A DNA stretch of 37,776 bases from Raillietiella orientalis (GCA_036172245.1 JAYWIR010000032.1:2666001-2703776); one strand, 5' to 3'. Shown: positions 11,910-24,709, counted from the first letter of the stretch. Notes: generated by a model not told the origin, from the letters alone. Numbers and translations are program-made.

Positions 11910-11939
11910 AATATACGCCCCGGCGTGACCGGGTGAGAA
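11910..11939 (+). promoter_or_regulatory. 3'-terminal motif of element B (poly(A)-signal variant + hairpin + GTGAGAA)
   Basis: AATATA-CGC-CCCGG-CGTGA-CCGGG-TGAGAA, followed directly by the TSD; related motifs at five other element ends. Confidence 0.8.
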
Positions 11940-12150
11940 ATCTCCTGCACTTGTTCTGCAGAGATCACGTGGCTCTCCTGCAGCAGCGCAAGGTCGAACG
12001 ATCCTAGAAGGGCGGCCATTTCTCGTCTCCTACCGGCGTCTGTCATGCCGTTTACGTTCCAAACGGCGATGCGCAGACGACGGCGGGAGGAGATTCCCGG
12101 AATTACTGCCGGGAAGATGACAGTGTAGGGGAACCCGGCTCTTCTGAGGC
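11940..12150 (-). mobile_element. Element C, 5' part (end of ORF1 and start of ORF2), 5'-truncated; includes the right TSD of B
   Basis: RRRLRIAVWNVNGM...FDLALLQESHVISAEQVQEI continues directly into ERISGG at 251. Confidence 0.85.
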
Positions 12151-12156
12151 GGATGA

Positions 12157-14223
12157 GCGTTCGACAGCGTGGACGAAGAGCTTCTCGAGCCTCTCGAACA
12201 CATGGAGTTTCTGACCACCCTAAGACATACCTGCCCTCCTGCTGGAACGATGCGCTAACGACTATCTCTTTTAGGGGTCGAAACATGTACAGCGTGCCGC
12301 TGCGGCGATGGATACGGCAGGGAGACAGACTGAACCCCCTGCTCTTCAGCATCTACTTTGATTTGGTGCTGAGGGCATAGACGGCGACTCTGGCCATTTA
12401 GTCGAGCTCGCCTGCCGTTTCGGCCTATGCAGACGATCTTCTGATGGTACTCCCCGGGTCCACCCCGGCTTCTGCACTGAAGGAATTCTAGGACTTGCTC
12501 ATTCGCGGGACGACCCTGTAGGAACAAGATGTAATGACTGGATCCGCTTGGGGATCCTCATGGGCAGGTACTCGAAGTACCTTGGCGTTCCGTTGGGCGA
12601 ATTTACCCCGCAGAAGCCTGGTCTAACCGTTTCCAAGAGGTAGAGTTGGCGATCGGGCCATTGCTGGAGGGCAATTTTCACTTCTTGGAGCGGGTCGTGT
12701 TGTGAGACGCGTGCGCGGCCCTCCTCCGCTTGCTACTTTTTTTTTGATCTTTCCCCCCCCCCCACCCGAGGTAAAAAAGCGGACGAAGGACCTCCGGCGT
12801 ATTGTCCTCTAAGGCAACGGAAGGCCCCCATTCAGTCTGTTAGACTTGTGCTGTCCGCATCGGGACGGAGGCCTTGGCCTCCTGACGTTGCAGTGGATGG
12901 AGTCTCAGCTGCGATGGCGAACAAGGGACATCGCAGTGGAGTACCGGGGCAACCCCTGGTGCGTTCCGGCACGTCTCCTCCATAGCCGTGTATTCCCAAC
13001 GCAAGGACTTGCGTCGTACCTTTTGTGCCGCAGCTGCAAGGTGAGAAGATGGGGTTTCCTCCTCGAACGCAAGCCCACCTTGGCAAAGGAGAACGCCTGG
13101 ATGGTTTGCTTCTTCGCCATCTCAAGCACCTGGCTAGAGGAAGCAGTTGGCACGTAGGCGAAGTTGAACGATCCGAGCTCCTAAGTTTGCAGCTAACTGC
13201 GACTTGGAAACTACGCCCGCTGATCCTCTTCGGAATACTCTCCAATTTCCTAACAGGGGCGCATGGGCGGAGACGACTCCCCACGCTAAAACGATACCCT
13301 TTCTAAGGGGAGCACTAAGCAACATCAGAAGTCTGAAGTGGGAAGTCTCCTGCGAGATCGCAAGCAGGAGGACACTGACGAGTCGCCGGACCATGTGGCA
13401 GCTGGCAGGCGCCGCGACCCCGATTGCCCTTCCACGAAGATTCCAGCGATGGGGTGAGCTGCTCGGTGTTCCAAACGAAGACCTGGAGTGACCTCCAGCG
13501 CCGAAGGTTACAAGCACATTCCTCCGGAAGTGGCAAGAGTCGGCACATTTGCTCTGGCACTGGATCTCCCCTGTAACGCCCGCCGATACCACTGGACGTT
13601 TGAGAGGGTGAGTCCGAACTATCACAGCTGCAGAAAACGTGAATCCCTTCCGCAGCTGCTAGTGGAGTTCCTTGCCCTCCGGCTCCTGTTGCAACGTTTC
13701 TCAACGACTCTCGGCATCCCGATTGGCACCTTACCCCAGGGAAGTTTTACGGCTTTTCGTTGTGTGGAACGTCCTGCAGCCAGACGCAGCCGTAGCAACT
13801 CCCTTCTGCATCTGTTGCGAATTGAGATTGAGGCATTGAGCGAAGTCAGCAGAGAATGAAACGGAAGGGGCGTCGTCCGGTCCTCAGTTCGCTTTATTTG
13901 GATAGAGTCCTGATGGTCCCAACTGGGGGCAGAATACGGACGGACCAGTCATCGTGAAAAAGATGCAGCTCCCTGCAGCTCGAACAGTGATCCCTTCCTA
14001 ACCCTCCAGATTGTGCGCATTTATTTGCATTTATTTTTTTATTTTATATTTTTGTTTTTGCTTTCTCCCATCCTCCGCCGCTGCAGGGGTGAGTCCTCTA
14101 GTCTGCGTACCGGCGACTGGCAGGTCAACTGTAGAATAAGCTGTGGTGAAACTTCGTATCGCACCACGATGGTTGCAAGGTTATTCTGATTAAAGGACGC
14201 TCACTATCGATCTGAGTGAAAAA
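12157..14223 (+). mobile_element. Element D: heavily decayed 3' half (RT from the AFD motif to the 3' end)
   Basis: AFDSVD, IRQGDRLNPLLFSIY, SAYADD, KYLGVP, LPCNARRYHWT; T-rich 3' UTR; ends ATTAAA...GTGAAAAA. Confidence 0.8.
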
Positions 14224-15636
14224 GCTCTTTAGGAGAGAAATCTCCTCCTTCTCCTATATGGAGTGATGCGCACAAAGGTTTGCTTGGGCAGCTCAGCAGA
14301 ACCACATGGAACGTGATGGCTCCTTCACTTTTTCCAGATCGTGAACCCGCTTGAATCCGTGAAAGCATTCGTTTATTACCACACTGCAACACACCGTGCT
14401 GTTCAAAAAGACAAACTTTAAACACTTTCTGTGCACACATCCCCCACGAGGTTTCAGATGTGTGTTGGCATGGACAGCGGAGATGCCAGCAGTTCTTTTG
14501 ACCGTCGTCGAAACTTCCGGAAACCATGGTTGTGCCCCACTCAGAAACGCAAATTGTGCGTTGCTAACGGTGAAAGGGATTTTCCTTCGTGGCATGGAAA
14601 GGCATCACCTTGCTGAGAAAAGCCATCTTGTTTTTCCTAAAGTCTACTTGGACGGTCTTTCCCTCCAGAATGCTTGTAGACAGTTGCACCTGAGGAGTCT
14701 TCACAGCGACGAAAATGAGGAAGCAATCCTCGTTCATCTTAAGGAACGAAACACACATGAATCACTTCCAGAAAGAATGTCTGACAAGAGAAGAAGTTGC
14801 CCACGCAACCTAGTGGATCAAATGTCCACGTCCAGCTAACCGGGGGAAAGCACAGTAAGCTAGCGTTTACAAGGAAGCGTTTACAAGCCGTGTGGATCAG
14901 GGACCACCACGCCCATCGAATCAGCTCCACGAAATGTCTGCACTCACGGAACGTCTACAGACGCATGCACGTTGCGCAAGAAAAGAGAAAGACAATGCCA
15001 TGCAAGAGCGAGTGGTAGAAAGCAGGTGCGGGCACCTCCTAGGCGCCTGCCAACAACATGCCAGCTTCTCTGTGCCTTTTCGTGACTTCCCATGCACCTC
15101 AACACGCGCTGAATCTCAAGGGGGACGCCTGGCAGCAAGCCGCAGGACACCACGAGATGACCATGCAGACCCAGCACTGCTCTCTCCGGAAAGCCGGTGC
15201 GCTTCACCGGACGCGCCTGGGGAGGCGCTCCAATGCTGCCGTTCAGCCCGTGCCGCGGCGCCTCACGAGCGGCATGGTTGAGAAAAAAAAACTTCTTGGC
15301 AAAGAGACTTCGCCAAATTCGAGCCATTGAGGCTGTGGAGATGCGATGCGGGAGACCGTGCGCTCACGCTGATGACATCCACTGTTGTTCTGCTCGCAGT
15401 TTCTTTGTGCGGTCGGAGTTGGAGCCAGCGCCCCTTCAAGCAGCTAAGCGAAGCCAGTTCAGAAGTCATTCTTCCGTTCGGGGCTGCGAGTGTGCTCAAA
15501 TGAGGGATGCGAGAGGTTCCAGAGAGCGCTGAGGCCTCTTGCACGCGGGTGGAGTCGGGAGCGCACGCAGCGATTCGGAAGCAGACTTGCAGGACGCCTG
15601 CGACACGCAGGAAAGAAGGCTGACGTCAGAGCTCAC

Positions 15637-16504
15637 CTTGAAAGAGAACTGCGGGAAATCCAGGGATATTTTGTATTTCTCGGTGAACGAGATGTGCACC
15701 AAAACGTTCTTTGACGGAGTGCAGGTAACCTGGAACCGAGTTTTCTTCGGGGAATGGTCAAAGGTCACTGGACACCAACTTTGTACAACCCGAATTCTCC
15801 TTTCCTTGCTTGAGGATCCACTGCAGTGGCCAGGGCTCTCACGAATTTCTCAGGAGCCCTAGACAGAAAACTGTCTAACCGTAGGTGAGCCGTGATGCTT
15901 ATTGATGTGTGTGTGATATCTCCGTCCACTTCTACGGTGAGGCTGGAAGTAGAGACGCAGATGAGCACCTCATGAAGGCAAGAAAGGAGCCTCCCCAGTC
16001 TCCGAGAGACGGCAATCCTATCTCAGCCCAGAAAAAGCAGACGTAGAGAGAACAATATCCAGAGACTATGCTCACCACATGCGGGACAGATCCTTTGAAG
16101 AAAGGATGCCAAACTGAGTCAACTGTGTTCAGAATAGGGGTAGGGATCATCTCGGTGAGGAGCAGTGAGTGTAGACGGAGGTACGCGCAGGGGATTTTCC
16201 CTCCCGTTCGACCACTTTCTCGACAGAACGGCGAAGAACAGCATCTCACCTGTTGGCCAGTACCGCAAAGGATTTTTGGTTTTTTACGTTGACGAGCTTA
16301 ACGACGGCGTCGAAACTCTGCTGCTCGCTGTGATCAATGGAACTCAGCGTGAGTTCTCCACCCATTTCTCTGCAAATCTCGTCATGGCACCGATCTCATC
16401 AGGTCACTACGCCTTCTTACCTATTCAAACTCACTGTCATCTTCAAAGAGGAAAATCCTCTTTGTCTGGTCATTTCAGTAAGGAAGTTTATGGTGATGGG
16501 GAAA
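15637..16504 (-). CDS. Putative host gene of unknown function: six internal exons (16504-16421, 16327-16250, 16113-16076, 16017-15969, 15858-15780, 15729-15637); probably extends both ways
   Basis: All introns GT..AG (50-136 nt) with consistent phases and no stop: FPITINFLTEM...VSLNSEQQSFDAVVKLV...ANSLASFLQRICPACGLPSLGDWGGSFLAFMRAPEKFVRAL...GLYKVTCTPSK...DFPQFSFK. Family not recognised; start and stop not found. Confidence 0.55.
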
Positions 16505-19500
16505 CTGCCAGAATACGGGATCATTCTTGGGTAAGAATTATTCGGCACAGGTTCATAAGATGAAACAACGCGCATCGGGACTCTTGTCGGCAACAGCTCT
16601 GATTTCCTACCTTGATGCGTGATGACCTGAAATGGATTCATCTTACGGCGGCCGTCATCCGCGGGTTGTCGTTGTTTCGAAATCTCGACTCGGCTCTCAC
16701 GAATACGCTTTCTCCTTCTGGTCCCATCCGTCCGGCGCGGAGAGACGCACTTGAACTCTTGCACACATCAAAAGGCGCACCGAAGCGCCTCATCTCTTTC
16801 GGCCTTGCGTGCGCATCCCAGCTCCGGTGCTCGCCCAGGGACCGACGGTCGGCAGTCCCCAGCTTTCGAGGATCCTTATCACCCAAGAAGGAGACAAAGA
16901 AGCACGCAACGAAGCGGAGAAACAGCGCAAGGTCTTTCCAACGGGATGAAAATGCAGACCATCACCGGTCGACGTCGTCGATGTCAACTCTGCAGCTCAA
17001 CCCATTCCCGTGAAATCGACTTCGGCAGCTCTTCACTCTCAATCCGCAGAAAACCTCTACCTCTAGATGGTCGCTTCCAACAAAAGACTGGTGCTTTGTT
17101 CCGAAGACCTTGACTCCTTGCACTCTGTCGAAGTGAAAGCTCGAAGAGTTCCCAAGGTTGAATTTTGAGCGACCCTCTGCGATGCAAGGACAAGCCTGGA
17201 AAGGGCACTCTCGCGCGCTATGGTTCCTCACTGCAAAACGGAGTTGGGCAGCAGTGGCTCAGCACGACCACACTCGAGTACGATACAACATCCAGTACAA
17301 GGGGCAGGAGTTGCGGAGGTGATCCCAGAGTAGCTTCCAGCATGTAGAATCTCTGCATTCTGGGGGTTGGAGGAAGGCGCAAGGGATGCACTCACCTTAT
17401 TGTAATGAAGAGAAAAGCTTTCTTCGGCAGGAATTTCAGCTGTCCTAGGAAAGCGAAAGCCGTAATGTGCAAGCTCTCAGCTTTCTTACCAGGAAACCGC
17501 TATCAAAGCGGAGAAGAATGGGGCGGATGCCCACATGTGGACGCCGATGGAGACTTTCGGATGCTGCATCGATGTGCTGTGGCGCTGGTACAGAGGACGA
17601 CCGGTTTTTTTGCTGCCTATTGGTTTCCTGGAGGCACTTCGTAAGCGTACTCATGGAGAAGAGGCTGCATCCTGGCGATCATCTTCCTGGATCTTTGCAG
17701 GTGTTTTGCTAGTTCCTGGTACGGAATGTAACCTCTCTTCCCGACGTCGGTGGCAGTCATGAAAGTGATGGAATGATGGATCGCCAATTGGGGGCTTTTT
17801 CTCTCCTTCCTATGTGTGCTGCACCTCCGCAGGCAGCAATCACTCATGCGGGGAACCGCTCGTGAGGGTCCGTGGTAATTGCTTCTCTCCCGGAGGTGTC
17901 TTTGCTTCCACCCTGCTTGCTTGTGCAGGACTCCCCCGGAAAGCAGGTGATGGATCGTGGAACGCGGCGCCTGCATTCGCCCTCTTCCGGGAACCGAGCC
18001 AGGCAAGGGAGGACGCGGATAGCGCAGCGTGCGAGCGCCGCTCGTGGATTGGCACTGGCTGTGGGAAGCGTGTTGAACATCCAGCTGAAGGGGCGGTCCT
18101 TGAGGGAGCACGCGCTAGGAGGAGCTCCCACTGTTGAACCGGGCTGGGACGCGATGAAGCTATGGGGAAGACCATCTCGGGTGTGCAGGCTTCTCACGCG
18201 GAAGACGGGAACAGTCCATTTAGCAGCTGTCCTGTGGGAATGCTGGCAGTTGGTTTCCTATCGTTGATTCCACTGACATCTGTTGTGAACGACCAGGGAA
18301 AATGGGAAGGTAATCTACGGAGTCTGCGTACGGCCCTTCCATTCCTTCTAGAATACGCCCCTTCAAATCGTAAGGCTGTGGATGCACGTAACTTTTACAG
18401 ATCTCCTGTAATCAGCCAAGGCATGAAGCCGAGACAGCATGTCTCAGTGACTCAATCCATTCGTACATGGAAAAATAGACAGAGAGCACATGGCTCGCAT
18501 GACGCGCGATTTTGCAGGGATTCCTCGTTGCTGAGGAAGATTCCGAGGATTTGACGGTGTCTCGTGGAGGTCAGCAGCTTGTGCTGACCTGAGAAGATGA
18601 AAGTCTTGCTCAACGCATGCTGGAAACCGTCTCTTTTCTGTGACGGAAGATCGCTCCCTGATTGTGTACCTCACATTCATCGCGGCGCGGAACACCGAGA
18701 CCGCGTTTCTTTGTGCCTCTTGGGAATTCGGCATGGTTCACGCATCCGTCAAGTCCAGTGCTTCCTTCGACTATGAAGGATCTCCAAGAGGTATGGCGGT
18801 TTTCTTTGTCACCATCTGCTACGAGAGTGGACTGCCTGCAGACTGAAAGTGGGGGGAGAATGCATCGATATGTGGCTTGCAGGGAAGCCCGAAGTGTGTA
18901 TGCGCAATGGAAAACCGAGACGGTGGGGAAGAAGAAGAGAAGGTGTTTCGAAGTCCCTAGTTGTGGTGAAATGGAGTTCATCCAGGTAGTTTCCGCCAGA
19001 GGGAACAAGAGCTGTCCCGCCCTCGCGGAGAAGGAGGGTAAAAGAGCGAGTGCAAGAAAGGCCACAGTTAATCAGGGCCCACAAGAGAGGTCCGAGTGGT
19101 CTTGAAGCCGCTCATATCCGCACGGCTGCCCTCGGAACATGGCGCTATTGCAAGAGAGCCAGCAGCATTGGGGGTGGAAGATGGCAAACCAGAGAATGCA
19201 CTCAGAAGACCTTTGTCCCCTGCGAATCCTTCTCAGCCATCCCTTGGGTGAACAGCTGCAGGAAACGAAGACTCGAGCATCCTTGCAGCCACACTTTTTG
19301 CCTCAGCGCTGTCTCCCCCCAAGGCAAGAGTCGACAGTTCCCTACCGCATGGGAGGAAGTTAACTGCGCCATCATAGGAGACGAAACTCTTTGGCGGCGT
19401 GAGTTGGCGGGGGCCGCCCCTCCGCGTACTACGGCGATAGGACTCAGTCGGTGGTGTCTACTGTAGAGTGCTCCCCCCATTGAACTGGTGGCCCTTCCCC

Positions 19501-19659
19501 CTCCATCCGCTGCTGGAACGGCGTTTCCCCCGAAATGAGAACGCAATGTACCACTGCTTCTGCGTTGCTGGTTCCAGCAAGAAGTGCACTGCCACCTCGT
19601 TTCCGGCATCCCCGGACTGCGCCATGGGCGGGCTGGCGGAGTCGATACTTCCCCTACAG

Positions 19660-20752
19660 CAGACTTTCGGACTCCGAGGTGGAGTCCGAGGGTAGCGCTA
19701 AGGCTCGCCAAGCCCCGGTCAAGGCCAGGGCTGCGCGCAAGCCAAAACTTGCCAGGCAAGAGCCTGATGCCGGGAACGGTTTCCGATGCTCCTCGGAGCC
19801 CGAGGCAATGGTCCTCGACTCCACCGATCCGGCCGCGAGCGGCGCGGCGGGGACAGGAAGCGCTTGCGCTACCTCATCCGCCGTGCTCTCGGCTGATGCC
19901 TCGCCGGACGGGGCGAGGAACGCACCTCCATGTCCGTAGCAGCAATGCGCGGTCTCGCTTCTTCCCGTCGCGTCCGAGTGGCCTGTTGGAACGTCAACGG
20001 GCTGCAGGACAACGACAAGAGGCGATTGGTTGCCAACGTCTTGTGCGACTTCGATCTGGCCCTGCTGCAGGAGATTCACGCACTCTCCGAGCAGCAAGCG
20101 GCCGATCTGCAAGTTCGCGCAGGCGGGACGCTCCATTGGAGGTCAGGCTCCCAGAATACCTGCGGAGTCGCATTCCTTGTCCGGGGCAGGGTGGCGGGAG
20201 CGATGCGGAGCGTTTGTTTCGACGAGGAAGGTCGTGTGGGCCAACTTGTTCTCAAGTGGTCCGAATCGATCAACCTTGTCGTCACGAACGTGTACGCGCC
20301 GAGCGGCTCCGCGCGTCGCACCGAGAAACTGCAGTTTTTCGAGAGACTGCGCGACCGCTGGCTCAGCAACTCCGGCCCCGACGTGGCTCACCTCGTAGCC
20401 GGGGACTTCAACGTCCACGCGCTATCGGAGGAGTCTCACCGTCTCCGGGAGAAACGGCTGGTGAACGACGTGTGCGCGTCCGTGCACGCCTCGAATTTGC
20501 TTGCCGACGATCTCGGGATGCGTGCTTTGCCGGACCATGTGTTCCTCGACGATCACCTGCATTGTCGGGTGGGTCGGAGAGGTCCCGTGCCGTCCGAGCT
20601 TTCCGACCACCACAGGCTGGAGTTGGAGTTACTCCCGCCTGGCAAGGGCCCTCCGACGCACGTCTGGAGGTTGCCGGCCGACTGGTTGAGAAATCCGGTG
20701 GCTGCGGAGTACCTCCGCCAGCATCTCTGGACCTTGGCCGTTCGAGAGCTCG
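19660..20752 (+). mobile_element. Element E: ORF1 tail plus complete APE domain (ORF2 from 19930), cut off by element F
   Basis: ACWNVNG, LLQEIH, NVYAP, GDFN, PDH, SDH without stops; left boundary approximate. Confidence 0.88.
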
Positions 20753-22933
20753 TTTTTCACCGGGTTGCGCCGGGGCGTTTATTCTTTCAAATAGAACAAA
20801 CGTTGGTGGCTGACCAGGTGGTCCGGCCACGCACTGGTATACAAAATTAAGCCTGCCGGGTCACCGGTTCGTATTCCGGTACGGTCCACCACGACAGCAG
20901 AGGGGCCAAGGACAAAAGGAAAAATAAAACAAAAAAAAAAGAAATATATAAAATCAAGATCTGGGGGGCACGGGAAGGGATCACAGTCTGCTGTGGGGCC
21001 GTTACATCCTTTGCAGGATGCCGGCAAGCTGTTTTTGGATTGTTGAATCCAGATGGGTCCATCCTGTCGCAGTCCTCATAAATTCCGCTGCGCACTGGAC
21101 GTCGCCCTTATCGAGTGGTCCTCCCGTTGCCTTGCTCCATGCAGCGACGATTCCGCGAAAGCAGCACAGAGCTGCTAACCAGGCCGATAACCGAAGGACG
21201 TCGCAAACGAAGAGGGATCTAACTGCGTCTCTGGGGTTGCCACAGGGGATAACGATTGCCGCGGCAAAACGGTTCCAAATGGGCCGAAGAGCCACACAAT
21301 CCAGAAGGAGGTGAGAGAGGGACTCCCGTTCTCCACACCTCCCACAATTAGGGCTCACCACTCCCCAGGTCCAATGGTGTCGGCGGGCGTTGCAGGGGAG
21401 TCCCCAATGCAGCAATAGTAGCGCCGACTCCTGCCATTTGAAGGCGAGGGTGGAGGTGTTCATCAGCATTGGGGGCCACTTTAATTCGGCGGAACATTTA
21501 GCAACTCGCCCCAGCGCACAAGTCCAATAGGGGTGGTAATCCGGGCCGCAGTTTCGCAAAGATTCCCCGTTTTCCATTCCCCGATTTTTTTTTCCGGGGC
21601 CCTCCCATTACCCCACAGGGCAATCCTTGGAGGTCCTTCGTCCGCTTTTTAGTCTCTGTGGTGGAAGGACAAACAAAAAGCAGGAAGCGGAGGAGGGGGG
21701 CCGCGAACGCGTTCCACACCGCGGCCCCTTCCGGCAGGAAGAACCTGCGGCCTTGGAACGGGCCGATCGCCGTCTCTACCTTTTGAAGGCAGCTGGACCA
21801 CGCATCCGAAGAGAGATAATCACCCATCGGTACACCGAGGTACTTGAAGTATCGTATCGTGGGGATCCCCAAACGGACCCAGTCCGGCTGCCCTGCCCAC
21901 GCCGCACTGATTGACATTACGGACGACTTCGTCCTGTTCACCTTTAGCCCGGTTCCCCCGCTTAGCAGGTCGAAGAACTCCTCGACCGCCGATGCCGGGG
22001 TGGACATAGGGAGCAGCAGCAGTAGGTCGTCCGCATATGCTGACACCGCGGGCGTACCGGGATAATCGCGCGGCAGGTGCGCTAGTTTCCCTGTACGCTC
22101 TCAGTACCAAATCGGAGTAGGTACTGAAGAGCAAGGGGCTCAGGCTGTCTCCCTGCCGGATCCCACGCCGCAACGGCACGCCGTGCACGGTCTGATCGCT
22201 GAAAGTAACATTGATGAGCGCGTCGCGCCAGCAGGAGCGCAGGTAGGTCAGCAAAGAGACCGGGAAGCCCAAGCGTTCCAGGAGCTCCAGGAGGAGCCTC
22301 TGGTCGACACAGTCGAATGCTTTATGCAAATCGACTGCGACTGCGAGGGCTCCCTCCCCCTCCAACCATCCCGTTTCCTAGCGGAGGACATTCCGGAAGC
22401 CCGGTTGCCCATCCTGACCCTTTCCTGTTGTAGCGCGAGAAAGGTGCTGGCGAGGAACAGGTTGGCATCCATGCTCCGCCCGGGAAAAGCATATATCTGC
22501 TCCGGGCTAATGAAGCTTTCCGCTAACCGCCCCAGGCGTTCAGCCCACAATTTCGCCAGCAACTTGGCGTCCCCGTTTATCATGGTAATCGGCCGCCAGT
22601 TGCTCATGCTCCGAAGGTCTCCTCCCTTAGGGAGGAAACGCACCTTTGCCGAACGAAACCAGGCGTTGACGTCGCCCGTTTCGCGGATCAGCAAGGTGAG
22701 TTTCTTCACCAGAGGAGTGAGCTCTGCCGCGAAACATTGAAAAAATTCCGCTGGCAGGCCATCCTCCCCTGGAGCCTTCCGCCTCTTGAGCTTTCCGATG
22801 GCCGAGATGATCTCGCCCATCGTGAAGGGCTCGTCGAGGGTCTTTCTATCTTCCTCCCCGATCGCCAAAGCGCCTTCCGGAAGAAGAAGTCGCGAGACAT
22901 CCCATTCCGGTAGAGCGCGCGCGTACAGGGAGC
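20753..22933 (-). mobile_element. Element F: RT to 3' end, with an internal deletion near 21480-21600
   Basis: APGEDG, NWRPITMIN, HKAFD, RQGDSLSP, SAYADD, KYLG, CGRC-x8-H-x4-C; terminal motif at 20757-20783. Confidence 0.9.
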
Positions 22934-23103
22934 GTGCGGACGTGTTTTTTTTGCGCTCGTGCCGCGCGAGTTTTGGAAGCCTTTTTTTAGTGTGTAAGTG
23001 CGTGGTGCATCGCCGGTGTCCCATGGCAGAAATGCCTGAGGACACCGCGATGGAAGTCGGCGGGGGAGAGAATTGTTCCTCTCCCCAACACATTGAGGTG
23101 GGG

Positions 23104-23280
23104 GCAACCGCCCCCACGGAGGAGAGGGCAACCGCCCCCTTGAAAAAGGGGGCAACCGCCTCTCCGGAAACGAGGGCTACCGCCACCTTGAAAAAGGGAG
23201 CAACCGCCCTCGTGGAAAAGGCAGCAACCGCCCCCTTGAAAAAGGGGACAACCGCCGCCTTGGAAAAAGTGGCAACCGCG
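23104..23280 (+). repeat. 24-bp coding minisatellite, about 7.5 units (ATAPLKKG-type)
   Basis: GCAACCGCC recurs every 24 nt. Confidence 0.9.
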
Positions 23281-24709
23281 TCTTCGGATCCGTCTGCTCC
23301 ATCCACGAGGACCTGGAGCTCCGTAGCTGCAGCGCCATCTCCTGCAGCCTTAGCAGAACAGCGCGCCTACCTTGAACAAGGATACAAGCCGTCCTTGATT
23401 TACAAGGTAGGAAATCTGTTTGTGGGAAACCCCGTTCGTAACTTTGAAAGAGAGTTACAGCGGTTAGATGTGAAAGAGGAAGACCTGGAAGGTCTCTCCG
23501 TGATGAGTGGGCGCCAGCGGGTGGAGCTGACTTGCAAAAATGCAAGTCTGGCTCAGCGCCTGCTGAACACTCCCATCACTCTGGAAGGCCGAAAGGACTT
23601 CCCCGTAACGGAGGACCGCTCCATTGTTGCACACCTAACCGGTGTAACTCTTCGCATGACCAAAGCTGGCGTGCAGGAAGAGTTGCAAAAACATGGTACG
23701 GTGCATGCGCTCTGGACCAAACCCAACGTCTTCAAAACATACGGAAGACTGTTCAGTGGCATGGCTGCAGCGCGTGTGACGGTCCACGAAAACGGTGGGT
23801 TGCCCCAGAAACTCGACGTCGGCAACGAGGTCGTCGACGTCTGGTACGTGGGCAAGCCCAAGTACTGTGGGGCACTGTGATGCCACAGGGCACCTGAAAA
23901 AACGGTGCCCTCACATCCAGTGTTTCCACTGCGGCGAAAAGGGCCACCTGCGGAAGGTGTGTCCTAAACGCGAAACCCCGGCTCCCTCTGCTTTGAAAAA
24001 AGCCAAAGGGAAACGCGCGGGGCGATCGGACAAGCCTAAGGAGGCACCCGAGAGGCGGAACCCACAGCCAGAGCCCGAACCCGTGCAGCAAGCGCCGGTC
24101 GAGGGTACTCCCGACGACGCTGGAGAGAGCGAGGGCTGGCATAAGGCGAAGCCTAAAAGTAAAAAATTAAAGAAAACCGAAGAACCGACAGCGGAACCCG
24201 CGACATCTCCTTTGAATAGGAAACAACGCCGCGCGTTGCTCCGCGAATGTTCGGTCGCTTTGGAGCGTGTGGAGGTCCCCGAGACCGCCACCGGGGGAGA
24301 TATCCCTAGCCACGTTGACGACGAAGTCGCGACCGCGGAAGGCGAACCCTCTGTGCAAACAGAAGGGGAGCCGAGCGACGCACTCGCCTCAATCGAGGAC
24401 GCCGCCTTCCAACAGGCGGCGGAAGAGCTCGCGGCCGAACTCGCGGACCGTGAGAACGGCGCGCGAAAGGCCTTGCGAAGGGCGGCCGCGACCAGGGCAC
24501 CTCCGACAGGTGACCACGACCCGGATGCCGGAAGTGCGTCCTCCTCCGCGGAGGCGCCTCCGAAGAAGACTGGACGGAAGTCCAAGAATCCGAAGAGGCG
24601 CATCCCGACGAAGAAAGAGGGGGACGCACCGGCAGCCGAGGGGGAAGCCGGCAGCGTGGGAACGGAGGGAGGGATTTTTTCACGTTCCGCTACCGAGCAG
24701 CTGGCGACC

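Larger units (their letters stand above)
267..11939 (+). mobile_element. Element B: full-length, decayed L1-like non-LTR retrotransposon (about 5.9 kb net), interrupted by element A
   Basis: 5' motif AGACGTGTTT at 274, ORF1, ORF2, 3' UTR, terminal hairpin motif, flanking TSD. Confidence 0.9.

Noticed and set aside
11940..14223. C and D as one twin-primed inverted insertion
   Set aside because: The two pieces are not adjacent parts of one transcript, and D has its own 3' end pointing away from C
21480..21600. Novel domain inside F ORF2
   Set aside because: Matches a deletion of about 0.5 kb relative to D plus homopolymer noise
22248..23880. Overlapping opposite-strand ORFs 22248..23306 and 22786..23880
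   Set aside because: Each reads across the F/G junction; the true G ORF1 starts at 23023
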